A stretch of DNA of 64,000 bases, taken from contig JAXGZF010000007.1 in assembly GCA_040771865.1 (NCBI GenBank), positions 248,001 to 312,000 of the forward strand, given 5' to 3'. Position 1 is the stretch's first letter, and every line of letters starts with the position of its first letter. A program made the position numbers and the translations under genes. The notes beneath the pieces were generated by a model. It saw only the letters and a list, made by a program, of their open reading frames with translations. It searched no databases and was not told the DNA's origin. The DNA is from Desulfobacterales bacterium. Its GTDB lineage: Bacteria > Desulfobacterota > Desulfobacteria > Desulfobacterales > UBA2245. Below are positions 50,988 through 60,830 of this stretch, piece after piece.

Positions 50988-52130
50988 ATGCACATCAACT
51001 CCAAACTTCCCCATATCGGAACAACGATCTTTACCGTAATGACCCAGCTGGCCAACGAATGCGGCGCGATCAACCTTTCGCAGGGGTTTCCGGATTTTTC
51101 CGTGGACGAGCGCCTCATCGACGCGGTTGAAAAGCATATGCGCCAGGGAAGCAATCAATACGCCCCCATGCAGGGGGTCCCGCGGCTTCGGGAGAAAATC
51201 TTCGAAAAGGTCCGCCAGCTTTACGGCGCGGCCTATGACCCGGCCACGGAAATTACGGTCACCAGCGGCGCCACCGAAGCGCTTTTCTGCGCGATCACCG
51301 CGGTCATTCACCGCGGAGACGAGGCGATCCTCTTCGAACCAGCCTACGATTCCTATGCGCCGGCGGTTGAACTCTGCGGAGGCAGGCCGGTCTATGTCCA
51401 GCTCAGCCATCCGGATTACGCCGTTGACTGGGAAGCGGTCAAGGCCGCCGTCTCGTCCAGAACCCGGCTTCTCATCCTCAATTCACCACACAACCCGTCC
51501 GGCGCCGCGCTTACGGCCGACGATCTGGACCGGCTCGAGGAGATCGTTCGCGGAACGGATCTTCTGATCCTGAGCGACGAGGTTTACGAACACATCATCT
51601 TCGACGGCCTGGCGCATCAGAGCATGTCCCTGCGCCCGGAACTGATGCAAAGAAGCTTCGTGGTCAGCTCATTCGGCAAAACCTATCACGCCACGGGCTG
51701 GAAGATCGGGTACTGCCTTGCGCCCATGGAGCTTTCCAGGGAGTTTCAAAAAATTCACCAGTACGTCACCTTCACCTCCAATACGGCGGTGCAGATGGCG
51801 ATTGCCGATTTCATGGAACATTCGGACTGGTATGCGGAGCTGGCCGGATTCTACCGGCGGAAGCGAGACTTCTTCCGGTCACTGATCAAAGGCTCCCGGT
51901 TCACGCCGCTGCCCTGCCACGGAACCTATTTCCAGATGCTGGATTATTCGCGGATCTCCGATGAGCCGGATGTGGAATTTTCAAGGCGTCTGACCCGGGA
52001 ATACAAGGTGGCGGCCATCCCCACCTCGGTGTTCTACCATCAAAAGGACGACCGCCGGGTCCTGCGGTTCTGCTTTGCCAAGCAGGATGAGACCCTGGAA
52101 AAAGCGGCCGAAATTCTCCACCGCATTTAA
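50988..52130 (+). CDS. ybdL: PLP-dependent methionine aminotransferase (class I)
   Basis: SKLP--GTTIFTVM, INLSQGFPDF, NQYAPM-G, N-PHNP, DEVYEH, SFGKT-H-TGWK-GY, RFCFAK. Confidence 0.92.
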   Translation: MHINSKLPHIGTTIFTVMTQLANECGAINLSQGFPDFSVDERLIDAVEKHMRQGSNQYAPMQGVPRLREKIFEKVRQLYGAAYDPATEITVTSGATEALFCAITAVIHRGDEAILFEPAYDSYAPAVELCGGRPVYVQLSHPDYAVDWEAVKAAVSSRTRLLILNSPHNPSGAALTADDLDRLEEIVRGTDLLILSDEVYEHIIFDGLAHQSMSLRPELMQRSFVVSSFGKTYHATGWKIGYCLAPMELSREFQKIHQYVTFTSNTAVQMAIADFMEHSDWYAELAGFYRRKRDFFRSLIKGSRFTPLPCHGTYFQMLDYSRISDEPDVEFSRRLTREYKVAAIPTSVFYHQKDDRRVLRFCFAKQDETLEKAAEILHRI

Positions 52131-52232
52131 AATCGGATCGTCCCCGCCTAGCAAAAGTTCGCAGAGAACACGGAATCAGACGCCGGTTTCAACCCAATCC
52201 ACTCCGCGTCCTCTGCGAACCCTGAGATACTT

Positions 52233-53015
52233 TCAGCAGGCATCGAGCCGTTCGATCAGCTCCATGGCCACCTTTTCACCGGAGAGCAGCATGCCTCCGA
52301 AGATCGGTCCCATGCGGGGCTCCCCGAAGGTTGCGTTGGCCGCCATGCCGGCCACGTAAAGGCCCGGAAAAACCTCCCGGGTGTTCTCCGGAGTCAGTGA
52401 TTCAGCCCGTTCGGCCCACATGGACTTCTCGCCCTCGATTTTGCCGTTGGGCGTTAGAAGTTCTCCGGGCACCTTTCTCTGAACCACCCGGACCACCTCG
52501 GTGTCATGGCCGGTGGCGTCGATCACGAATTTGGAGCGGATCACCAGGGGATCCACATGAAGACCGGCCAGGTCCACGGCGGACCAGTTCAGCACCAGCC
52601 CGGTGATCCGGTTCGGCCGCATCATGACGTCTTCCACGGTCATGCAGTTAAAGATTCGAACCCCCGCCTGAACCGCTTTAGACGTCAGGGTTGAGATCGA
52701 TTCCACGGAATCGGCAGTATAATAGCCTTCCGCGTATCTTTTGGATCGAATGCCGAATTCATCGAGCACGTGAATCGCCGATTCCTGGACCACGATCTCG
52801 TTGAACATCATGCCCCCGCCCCACATGCCGCCGCCGACGCTGAGCTTGCGCTCGTACAGGGATACCTTTTTTCCGGCCCTGGCCAGATAATATCCGGCGA
52901 CCAGCCCCGATGGACCGCCGCCCACCACCGCAACATCCGCCTCGAGGCTGTCTCTGAGCTTCTCATGAAACCGGTCGATAATGGCGCTTGTAATGGTTAC
53001 CTCGTTCAACTCCAT
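52233..53015 (-). CDS. thi4: Sulfide-dependent adenosine diphosphate thiazole synthase
   Basis: [43 protein letters not shown] riboswitch upstream. Confidence 0.95.
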   Translation of the reverse strand: MELNEVTITSAIIDRFHEKLRDSLEADVAVVGGGPSGLVAGYYLARAGKKVSLYERKLSVGGGMWGGGMMFNEIVVQESAIHVLDEFGIRSKRYAEGYYTADSVESISTLTSKAVQAGVRIFNCMTVEDVMMRPNRITGLVLNWSAVDLAGLHVDPLVIRSKFVIDATGHDTEVVRVVQRKVPGELLTPNGKIEGEKSMWAERAESLTPENTREVFPGLYVAGMAANATFGEPRMGPIFGGMLLSGEKVAMELIERLDAC

Positions 53016-53123
53016 TGTCTTCCTCCTGAATATGATGTGGATTGATGTTTGCGCGCTCTGAAACGCGCATTTCCGACCTGCTCGACTGTTCTGAACTCGG
53101 AAGACCGGCTTTGAAGGGAGCAT

Positions 53124-53155
53124 AAAAAAAGGCGAAGCTGTAAGGAAGCTTCACC
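53124..53155 (-). terminator. Terminator of the TPP riboswitch expression platform
   Basis: Minus strand GGTGAAGCT-tccttac-AGCTTCGCC followed by T7. Confidence 0.85.
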
Positions 53156-53164
53156 CTGGGACCG

Positions 53165-53250
53165 TTCATGTTTCCTTACGCTGGCATTACCCAGTTCAAG
53201 TTAAAGGGTATGTTCTCAGCCCCGAATTCCGGAGCACCCCTAACAAACGA
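53165..53250 (-). ncRNA. TPP riboswitch
   Basis: Minus strand TAGGGGTGC..GCTGAGA..ATACCCTT.AACTTGA.CTGGGTAATGCCAGCGTAAGGAA (THI-box pattern). Confidence 0.95.
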
Positions 53251-53562
53251 GTTGAATCGGTTGTTTTACCGGCTTTTAGCAGAACCCCCGGTCCGGGTCA
53301 ACACAAATTTCCATGTCGTCTTGATTCTGATTTTCAAACGTCGGAACAGTCCCGAAAAATCGACCCGTCTTTCGGGTTTATCGCCTGAGCTTTCACGCCG
53401 ACTACATGGACGCCGTCCTCGACGCGCTGGGCGGCAAAGCCAATCGTTTCAGCAAGGCCTATCTGCAAAACATGGAAGATATTATCGTGCGGCAGACCCA
53501 GCTTCTGTTCGGACTGCCGGACGGCCGGAAACGTGACGATAAAAGATAAAAAGGATCGCGCG

Positions 53563-53820
53563 ATGGCTTTTTATTTGATAGGATTGAAGCTTGAAAACGT
53601 AAGCGGCATCTTCTTCAAAAATCACCTTCGACAATGGCGGCCGTTATGGGATTATGTCTATAACAACTGCCCGGAAATTCTGACCCAGCGGGACTATGTG
53701 GAGGTCAGACGCCATGATTTCCATATCATCGACGGTATTAGAACCCGGAAAATCGAATCCCGGCTGTTTGAACTGGCCGAAGCCGGTCCTGTGTTGCAGC
53801 GCGCTGATGCTGATGATTGA
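53563..53820 (+). CDS. Short hypothetical protein, possibly truncated
   Basis: FF-N----WRPLWDY motif; ends just before the efflux operon. Confidence 0.5.
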   Translation: MAFYLIGLKLENVSGIFFKNHLRQWRPLWDYVYNNCPEILTQRDYVEVRRHDFHIIDGIRTRKIESRLFELAEAGPVLQRADADD

Positions 53821-53837
53821 TCGCTGGAGGTGCGGCC

Positions 53838-55268
53838 ATGAGGCTATGGTTTATTGCCATCGTGATGCTGTGTCTGCCGGCAGGGTGTTCGCTGACGCCG
53901 ACCTTTAAACAGCCCGACACCCCGATGGCGAAAAAATTCAATGTGGAAGGTCTGAATGTGTCGCCCGAGTCGCCTGAAATCTTGCGGCTTGGCTGGAGCC
54001 AGTTCTTTGGCGACGTCCATCTGAATGAATTGCTCTCCATCGCTATCGAAAGCAACCGTGATCTGCGCACGGCGATACAGCGGGTGGAAGAGGCCAGGGC
54101 CCTGTATGGCATCCAGCGCGCGGACCAGCTGCCCAGCATCAGCGCAGGAGCGATGGGCGCCCGGTCGCGCATGCCGGCCGATCTTTCCATCACCGGACAC
54201 TCCCACACCTCCTCGCAATACCAGGCCACGCTCAATCTGAGCACATGGGAGCTGGACTTCTGGGGGCGCGTGCGCAGTCTCAAGGACGCGGCGCTGGAAT
54301 CCTATCTCGCCAGTGAGGAAGCCAGAAGAGCTGTTCAGATCAGCCTGGTGGCCCAGGTGGCGAATGTCTATCTTCTGGAACGGGAACTCGATGAGCGGCT
54401 GGACATCGCCCGGCAAACCCTGGCCACCCGTGAGGAGTCCTGCCGCATCATAAATCGGCGCTACGAGGTGGGCTCGGCCTCCAAGCTGGATGCCGCGCAG
54501 TCCGAGATACTCCTGAACCAGGCACGATTGGAATTGACGGAGTTGGAACGCCAGCGCGAGCAGAGCCACAACGCGCTCACCCTTCTGGCAGGCGCCCCGC
54601 TGACCAACGAGTCGCGCCCGCTTTCACAGATCGAAACCGCCTTCGTGCGCGACATCTCGCCGGGCCTGCCTTCCGAGCTGCTGCTCAACCGTCCCGACGT
54701 TCTCGCCGCCGAACATCTGCTCAAGGCCGCCAACGCCAATATCGGCGCGGCTCGCGCCGCCTTTTTCCCACGCATTGCGCTGACCGGCTACCTGGGCAGC
54801 GCAAGCACCGATCTTGACGGGCTGTTCGGCACCGATAGTTTGATCTGGAGTTTCACGCCCGGCATCTCTCTGCCGATTTTTGACGGCGGCCGCAACCAGG
54901 CCAATCTCGACCTGGCGGAAGCACGTCGCCATATTGCAGTGGCCGAGTATGAACGAAAGGTACAGGGCGCGTTCCGCGAGGTAGCCGATGCGCTGGCCGA
55001 TCGCCGCTGGATTGCCCGTCAGGTGGCCGTCCAGAAGGCCATCGTGGCAACCCAGACTGAACGCACGCGACTTGTCCATTTGCGATACGAAAACGGGGCA
55101 ACTCCCTATCTGGAGGTGCTGGATGCCGAACGCGGACGATTCGCCGCCGAGCAGGCGCTGGTGCAGACGCGACGGACCCTGCTCGCCAGTGTGGTCAACC
55201 TGTATTCGGCCCTGGGAGGCGGAACAGTTGCCGTAAAAGAAACAGAAACCATGGATAACGGACGATGA
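53838..55268 (+). CDS. NodT/OprM-family outer-membrane efflux lipoprotein
   Basis: Lipobox PAGC, WELDFWGR-R, L-NRPD--AAE, ARAAFFP-I-L, LY-ALGGG. Confidence 0.95.
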   Translation: MRLWFIAIVMLCLPAGCSLTPTFKQPDTPMAKKFNVEGLNVSPESPEILRLGWSQFFGDVHLNELLSIAIESNRDLRTAIQRVEEARALYGIQRADQLPSISAGAMGARSRMPADLSITGHSHTSSQYQATLNLSTWELDFWGRVRSLKDAALESYLASEEARRAVQISLVAQVANVYLLERELDERLDIARQTLATREESCRIINRRYEVGSASKLDAAQSEILLNQARLELTELERQREQSHNALTLLAGAPLTNESRPLSQIETAFVRDISPGLPSELLLNRPDVLAAEHLLKAANANIGAARAAFFPRIALTGYLGSASTDLDGLFGTDSLIWSFTPGISLPIFDGGRNQANLDLAEARRHIAVAEYERKVQGAFREVADALADRRWIARQVAVQKAIVATQTERTRLVHLRYENGATPYLEVLDAERGRFAAEQALVQTRRTLLASVVNLYSALGGGTVAVKETETMDNGR

Positions 55269-56338
55269 AAGCTCAAACAAAAAAGTGGTTGATCCGTTCC
55301 GCGTGGGTGCTGGCCTTGAGCGCGGCGGCCGCACTCGCCTGGATGAAGTATGCCGACAAGAGCGAGGATGCATCCCTGGTCAGTGGAAACGGGCGTATCG
55401 AGGCGGTCGAGATCGATATCGCCGCCAAGACCGCCGGCCGCGTAAAGGAAATATTTGTGCGCGAGGGTGACTTTGTTACTGCAGGCCAGGTGGTCGCGCG
55501 GATGGACACCGATGTGCTGGAGGCGCAGCTGCGTCAGGCCGAAGCGCAATTACGCCAGGCTGAAAGCTCGGTCACCATCGCACACAGCCAACTCCTTCTT
55601 CGAGAGGCGGAGAAGAGGGCAACCCTGGCGGTTCTGGCACAGCGCGAGGCCGAGTACGAGATCGCCAGCAAGCGCCTCTCGCGTTCCTCGCTTCTGGCGA
55701 GAGAAGGCGCGAGCTCTCAACAGGAAGCGGATGACGACAGTGCCGAGGTCCAAGGCGCGGCTGCTGCGGTCAGCGCCGTACACGCCCAGATCGCGGCGGC
55801 TGATGCGGCCGTTGCAACGGCACGCGCCCAGGTCACAGGCGCGGAATCGGCGGTGGAGGCCGCCAGAGCGAGCGTCGAACGCATCCATGTCGAAATCGCC
55901 GACAGCACGCTTCAGGCGCCAAGGGATGGCCGCATTCAGTATCGCGTGGCCCAGCCCGGCGAGGTGGTGGGCGGAGGCGGCCGCGTGCTGAGCATGATCG
56001 ACCTGAACGATGTTTACATGACCTTTTTTCTTCCAACGATCGCGGCCGGAAGGATCGCCCTGGGCACCGAGGTGCGCCTGGTGATCGACGCCGCGCCCCA
56101 GTATGTGATTCCGGCAAGCGTGTCCTTCGTCTCCGACGTGGCCCAGTTCACCCCCAAGACCGTGGAAACGGCCAGCGAACGGGAGAAGCTGATGTTTCGC
56201 ATTCGAGCGCAGGTTCCCGTGGAACTGCTCAGAAAGTACATTGTTCACGTAAAGACCGGTCTCCCCGGCATGGCCTATGTGCGGCTCGATCCCGCGATCC
56301 CGTGGCCGGCACATCTGCAGACGAGGCTGCTCGAATGA
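55265..56338 (+). CDS. HlyD-family periplasmic adaptor (YhiI-like)
   Basis: [25 protein letters not shown]. Confidence 0.93.
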   Translation: MKAQTKKWLIRSAWVLALSAAAALAWMKYADKSEDASLVSGNGRIEAVEIDIAAKTAGRVKEIFVREGDFVTAGQVVARMDTDVLEAQLRQAEAQLRQAESSVTIAHSQLLLREAEKRATLAVLAQREAEYEIASKRLSRSSLLAREGASSQQEADDDSAEVQGAAAAVSAVHAQIAAADAAVATARAQVTGAESAVEAARASVERIHVEIADSTLQAPRDGRIQYRVAQPGEVVGGGGRVLSMIDLNDVYMTFFLPTIAAGRIALGTEVRLVIDAAPQYVIPASVSFVSDVAQFTPKTVETASEREKLMFRIRAQVPVELLRKYIVHVKTGLPGMAYVRLDPAIPWPAHLQTRLLE

Positions 56339-59109
56339 ACGAACCCGAATCCGGAAAATCGCCGCCTGTCGCCCGGCTGCAGGAGGTGAGCCTGCGTTAC
56401 GGGAGAACGTCGGCTCTGGATGGAATTACTCTGGATCTGCCGGCCGGCTGCATGGTCGGGGTCATCGGCCCCGACGGTGTCGGCAAGTCCAGCCTGTTCT
56501 CGCTCATAGCCGGCGCGAGGGTGATCCAGTCCGGACAGATCGAGGTGCTGAACGGCGACATGGCTGACGGAGAGCACCGCCGCACCGTATGCCCACGGAT
56601 TGCCTACATGCCGCAAGGTCTGGGCAGAAACCTGTATCCGACGCTGTCGGTCTTTGAAAATGTCGAATTCTTTGGACGTCTGTTCGGTCACGATCGCGAG
56701 GAGCGCGAACGGCGTATCGGCGAGCTGCTCCAGGCAACCGGGCTGGCCCCCTTTACCGACCGGCCTGCAGGCAAGCTCTCCGGCGGCATGAAGCAGAAAC
56801 TTGGCCTCTGCTGTGCACTGATCCACGACCCCGATCTTCTGATCCTGGATGAACCCACCACCGGCGTAGATCCGCTGTCTCGCCGGCAGTTCTGGGAGCT
56901 CATCGACCGTATCCGCACCGGGCAGCGCGGCATGAGCGTGCTGGTGGCCACCGCCTACATGGAAGAGGCCGCCCGTTTCGACTGGCTGGTGGCCATGAAC
57001 GCCGGGCACGTACTCGCCACCGGCGCCCCGAAGGAGCTTTTGAGCCAGACCGGCGCCGCCACCCTGGAGGAGGCGTTCATCTCCCTGTTGCCACGGTCCC
57101 AGCGCGACGGGTACCAGCCGGTCGTCATCCCTCCCCGTGAGACGGACGTTGCCGGCGAGACCGCCATCGAGGCGCAGGATTTGACAATGCGCTTCGGCGA
57201 TTTCACGGCCGTCGATCATGTGAGTTTCCGCATCCGCCGGGGAGAAATTTTCGGTTTTCTGGGTTCCAACGGCTGCGGCAAGACCACCACCATGAAGATG
57301 CTGACCGGCCTTTTGCCGGCCAGCGAAGGAGAAGCCTGGCTGTTTGGCCGGCCGGTGGACCCGCACGATATCGACACCCGGCGGCGCGTGGGCTACATGA
57401 CGCAGTCTTTTTCCCTCTACGGCGAGCTGACGGTGCGGCAGAATCTGGTGCTTCATGCTCGCCTGTTCAGGATGCCGGAAGCTCGGATTGAGGCCCGCGT
57501 ACAGGAGATGGGACAGCGTTTCGGCCTGGACGAGGCAATGGAGAGCCTGCCCGAGGCCCTCCCCCTGGGGCAGCGCCAGCGGCTTTCCCTGGCGGTCGCA
57601 ATGATCCACGGCCCGGAGATGCTGATTCTGGACGAACCCACCTCGGGGGTAGACCCGGTGGCGCGCGACGCCTTCTGGCAGATCATGATAGATCTGGCGC
57701 GCCGGGATAAGGTCACCATCTTCATATCCACCCATTTCATGAACGAAGCCGAGCGCTGCGACCGGATATCGCTGATGCACGCGGGCCGGGTTCTGGTAAG
57801 CGGCTCGCCTGCTTCGCTGATCGAAAAGCGCGGGGTAAAAACGCTGGAAGAGGCGTTTATCAGCCACCTGGAGCAAGCAACCGGCGAAGCGTCATCCGGC
57901 CCTTCCGCATCAGCCGCGGAAAGGGCCGCCGCTCCCTCGCCCCTCGGGAAACAAACCCCGACCTCGACTCCACGGGCCGGTTCCTTCAGCCTGCGCCGCC
58001 TGTTCAGCTACACCCGGCGCGAGGGCCTGGAACTGCGCCGTGATCCGGTCCGCCTGACCCTTGCCCTGTTGGGAAGCGTGATCCTGATGTTCGTCATGGG
58101 CTACGGCATCAGCATGGACGTTGAGGACCTTTCCTTTGCGGTGCTCGACCGGGACCAGACGACCCTCAGCCGCGACTATGCCCTCAATCTCGAAGGTTCA
58201 CGCTACTTCATCGAACGCCCTCCCATCAAAAACTACGCCGAGCTGGACCAGCGCATGCGTGCCGGCGAGATCAGCCTGGCCATCGAGATTCCTCCCGGTT
58301 TTGGTCGCGACCTGCGCAGGGGAACGCCGGTCGCCGTCGGCGCATGGATCGACGGGGCGATGCCTACCCGCGCGGAAACCGTGCGCGGCTATGTGCAGGG
58401 AATGCACGCCCACTGGCTGGCAACCCTGGCGCGGCAGGCTCCCGGCGCCGCTGCAACGACAGGGGCAGCCGCCATCGAGACCCGTTTCCGCTACAACCCG
58501 GACGTAAAAAGCCTGCCGGCCATGGTGCCGGCGGTGATTCCGCTGCTTCTGATGATGATTCCGGCCATGCTGACCGCGTTGTCGGTGGTGCGGGAAAAGG
58601 AACTGGGCTCCATCGTCAACCTGTACGTCACCCCGGTCACCCGGCTGGAGTTCCTGCTGGGAAAGCAGATTCCCTACGTGGTCCTGGCCCTGATGAACTT
58701 TCTGTTGCTGACCGCCCTGGCCATTTTTGTATTTGATGTACCGCTCAAGGGAAGCTTTCCAACCCTTGCCGCGGCGGCGGTGCTGTACGTGATCGCCGCT
58801 ACCTCCCTCGGGCTGGTAATCTCGACCTTTATGCGCAGCCAGATCGCCGCCCTGTTCGGAACAACGCTGTTGACCATTCTGCCGGCGGTTCAGTTTTCAG
58901 GCATGCTTGATCCCGTTTCTTCGCTGGAGGGGGCAGGCGCCGTGATCGGTCGCATATATCCGACATCCCATTTCCTGACCATTTTCCGCGGGACTTTCTC
59001 CAAGGGACTCGGATTCAGCGATCTTCAGGCATCGTTTATTCCCCTGCTGCTCGCTGTCCCCATACTGATCGCCCTGGGGGCGGTCCTGCTCAAAAAACAG
59101 GATTCCTGA
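56335..59109 (+). CDS. rbbA: RbbA/YhiH: double ABC ATPase plus permease
   Basis: [40 protein letters not shown]-terminal ABC-2 permease. Confidence 0.95.
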   Translation: MNEPESGKSPPVARLQEVSLRYGRTSALDGITLDLPAGCMVGVIGPDGVGKSSLFSLIAGARVIQSGQIEVLNGDMADGEHRRTVCPRIAYMPQGLGRNLYPTLSVFENVEFFGRLFGHDREERERRIGELLQATGLAPFTDRPAGKLSGGMKQKLGLCCALIHDPDLLILDEPTTGVDPLSRRQFWELIDRIRTGQRGMSVLVATAYMEEAARFDWLVAMNAGHVLATGAPKELLSQTGAATLEEAFISLLPRSQRDGYQPVVIPPRETDVAGETAIEAQDLTMRFGDFTAVDHVSFRIRRGEIFGFLGSNGCGKTTTMKMLTGLLPASEGEAWLFGRPVDPHDIDTRRRVGYMTQSFSLYGELTVRQNLVLHARLFRMPEARIEARVQEMGQRFGLDEAMESLPEALPLGQRQRLSLAVAMIHGPEMLILDEPTSGVDPVARDAFWQIMIDLARRDKVTIFISTHFMNEAERCDRISLMHAGRVLVSGSPASLIEKRGVKTLEEAFISHLEQATGEASSGPSASAAERAAAPSPLGKQTPTSTPRAGSFSLRRLFSYTRREGLELRRDPVRLTLALLGSVILMFVMGYGISMDVEDLSFAVLDRDQTTLSRDYALNLEGSRYFIERPPIKNYAELDQRMRAGEISLAIEIPPGFGRDLRRGTPVAVGAWIDGAMPTRAETVRGYVQGMHAHWLATLARQAPGAAATTGAAAIETRFRYNPDVKSLPAMVPAVIPLLLMMIPAMLTALSVVREKELGSIVNLYVTPVTRLEFLLGKQIPYVVLALMNFLLLTALAIFVFDVPLKGSFPTLAAAAVLYVIAATSLGLVISTFMRSQIAALFGTTLLTILPAVQFSGMLDPVSSLEGAGAVIGRIYPTSHFLTIFRGTFSKGLGFSDLQASFIPLLLAVPILIALGAVLLKKQDS

Positions 59110-59111
59110 TC

Positions 59112-60233
59112 ATGCGCACCGCCAACATCCTTCATCTCGGCATTAAAGAACTGCGCAGCCTGATGCGCGACCCGGTGATGCTCTTCCTGATCGTCTATGC
59201 CTTCACGTTCGCAATCCATACCGCAGCGACCGCCATGCCGGAGACCCTGCACAAAGCGCCGATCGCCATTGTCGATGAGGACCGCTCACAACTCTCGCAA
59301 CGCATCGCCGATGCTTTCTACCCGCCGCACTTCATACCGCCCGTGCTGATTACACACGCTGAGATGGATATTCGGATGGATGCCGGCCTGGACACCTTTG
59401 CCCTCAACATTCCTCCGAATTTTCAGAGCGACGTGCTGGCCGGACGCAGCCCCGCCATCCAGCTCAATGTGGACGCCACCCGAATGAGCCAGGCCTTCAC
59501 CGGCAGCGGTTATATTCAGACCATCATCAGCGGCGAAATCACCGGCTTCCTTCAGGGATACCGCTCAAACACCGTTCCCGCGGTGGATCTGGCCCTCCGG
59601 TCGCGTTTCAATCCGGAATTGAACAAATCCTGGTTCGGAGCGGTCATGAAGATCATCGACAACGTCACCATGCTCTCCATCATTCTCACCGGCGCCGCAT
59701 TGATTCGCGAGCGGGAGCATGGCACGGTGGAGCATCTCCTGGTAATGCCGGTCACCCCCCTCGAAATCATGGCCGGCAAGGTATGGGCCATGGCGCTGGT
59801 GGTGCTGATCTCTACGGCCTGTTCGCTGTTCCTAGTCGTTCAGGGCCTGCTCAAGGTTCCCATCGAAGGTTCCATCGCCCTGTTCCTTGCAGGTGCAGCG
59901 CTGCACCTGTTTGCCACCACCTCGCTGGGCATTTTTCTCGGCACGCTCGCCCGCTCCATGCCGCAGTTCGGTCTGCTGATCATGCTGGTGCTGCTCCCCC
60001 TGCAGATGCTTTCGGGTGGGGCTACGCCGCGCGAAAGCATGCCGGAGATTGTCCAGTATCTGATGCTGGCGGCGCCGAACACCCATTTTGTCATGATGGC
60101 CCAGGCGATCCTGTATCGCGGCGCAGGCTTTCGCGTCGTCTGGCCGCAGTTCATCGCCATCGCCGGAATCGGAACAATATTGTTTGGTTTTGCCCTCGCA
60201 CGGTTCCGCCGCACAATCACAACCATGGTGTGA
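59112..60233 (+). CDS. ABC-2 permease (YhhJ-like)
   Basis: LGIKEL-SL-RD, REREHGT-EHLLVMP, LSGG-TP-ESMP. Confidence 0.93.
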   Translation: MRTANILHLGIKELRSLMRDPVMLFLIVYAFTFAIHTAATAMPETLHKAPIAIVDEDRSQLSQRIADAFYPPHFIPPVLITHAEMDIRMDAGLDTFALNIPPNFQSDVLAGRSPAIQLNVDATRMSQAFTGSGYIQTIISGEITGFLQGYRSNTVPAVDLALRSRFNPELNKSWFGAVMKIIDNVTMLSIILTGAALIREREHGTVEHLLVMPVTPLEIMAGKVWAMALVVLISTACSLFLVVQGLLKVPIEGSIALFLAGAALHLFATTSLGIFLGTLARSMPQFGLLIMLVLLPLQMLSGGATPRESMPEIVQYLMLAAPNTHFVMMAQAILYRGAGFRVVWPQFIAIAGIGTILFGFALARFRRTITTMV

Positions 60234-60235
60234 GC

Positions 60236-60583
60236 ATGCTGACAGAATGCTCTCGGAAAAACCGAATGAATTGGGCATCAGCCGGCCGGAAATGTGCAAG
60301 CATTCTCGCACCGCCCGTCATGTCTCTCACTGTGCCGCTGGAGTCCCTTGCGGCTGAGGAGTCGACGAAGGGCACGCTGAGTCTGGTTCTGGAGAACAAT
60401 TTCTTCTACAACTGCGACAACAATTATACCAACGGGATCCGCGTCGCCTGGCTTTCGGCGCCTTCAGCCTCTCCATGCAATTCTGAAAGCTGCTTCAGAT
60501 CAAAATGGGGTCCGGATTCGAACGCAAAGCAAAAAACCAACCCGGCTGAAAAGCAAAGCGGCATTGGCATTTATTTTGCTTAA
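60236..60583 (+). pseudogene. 5' fragment of a lipid A deacylase LpxR-family gene
   Basis: GTLSLVLENNFFY--D--YTNG-R--W resembles the LpxR N-terminal END...D..YTNG motif (END reads ENN); similarity stops after ~75 aa. Confidence 0.6.
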
Positions 60584-60599
60584 TATTTTACAGGCTTAA

Positions 60600-60742
60600 C
60601 AGGGTGTTGAAAAACAAGAATCAGGCCGTCAGGCAAGGCGCGCGGCGATGCGACAAGCGCAGCATATTCAAAGCTATGTGAGCATTGGCGAGAGCCGCGC
60701 AACGCTGAATGGCGGCCTCAGGCGCAATTTTTCAACAGCCTG
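60600..60742. mobile_element. MITE-like element, copy 2, flanked by TTAA
   Basis: TTAA-CAGGGTGTTGAAAAA ... TTTTTCAACAGCCTG-TTAA; 15-bp IR with 1 mismatch; no transposase. Confidence 0.75.
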
Positions 60743-60830
60743 TTAAGACCGCTTGATCAACCGGGATCATTGCGTGTAGAGTCCGCAATGCGGATTCAGA
60801 AAGCAAACAGCCATTCACAAGGGGCTGCTC

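Noticed and set aside
56275..57876. 533-aa minus-strand ORF
   Set aside because: Antisense shadow of rbbA.
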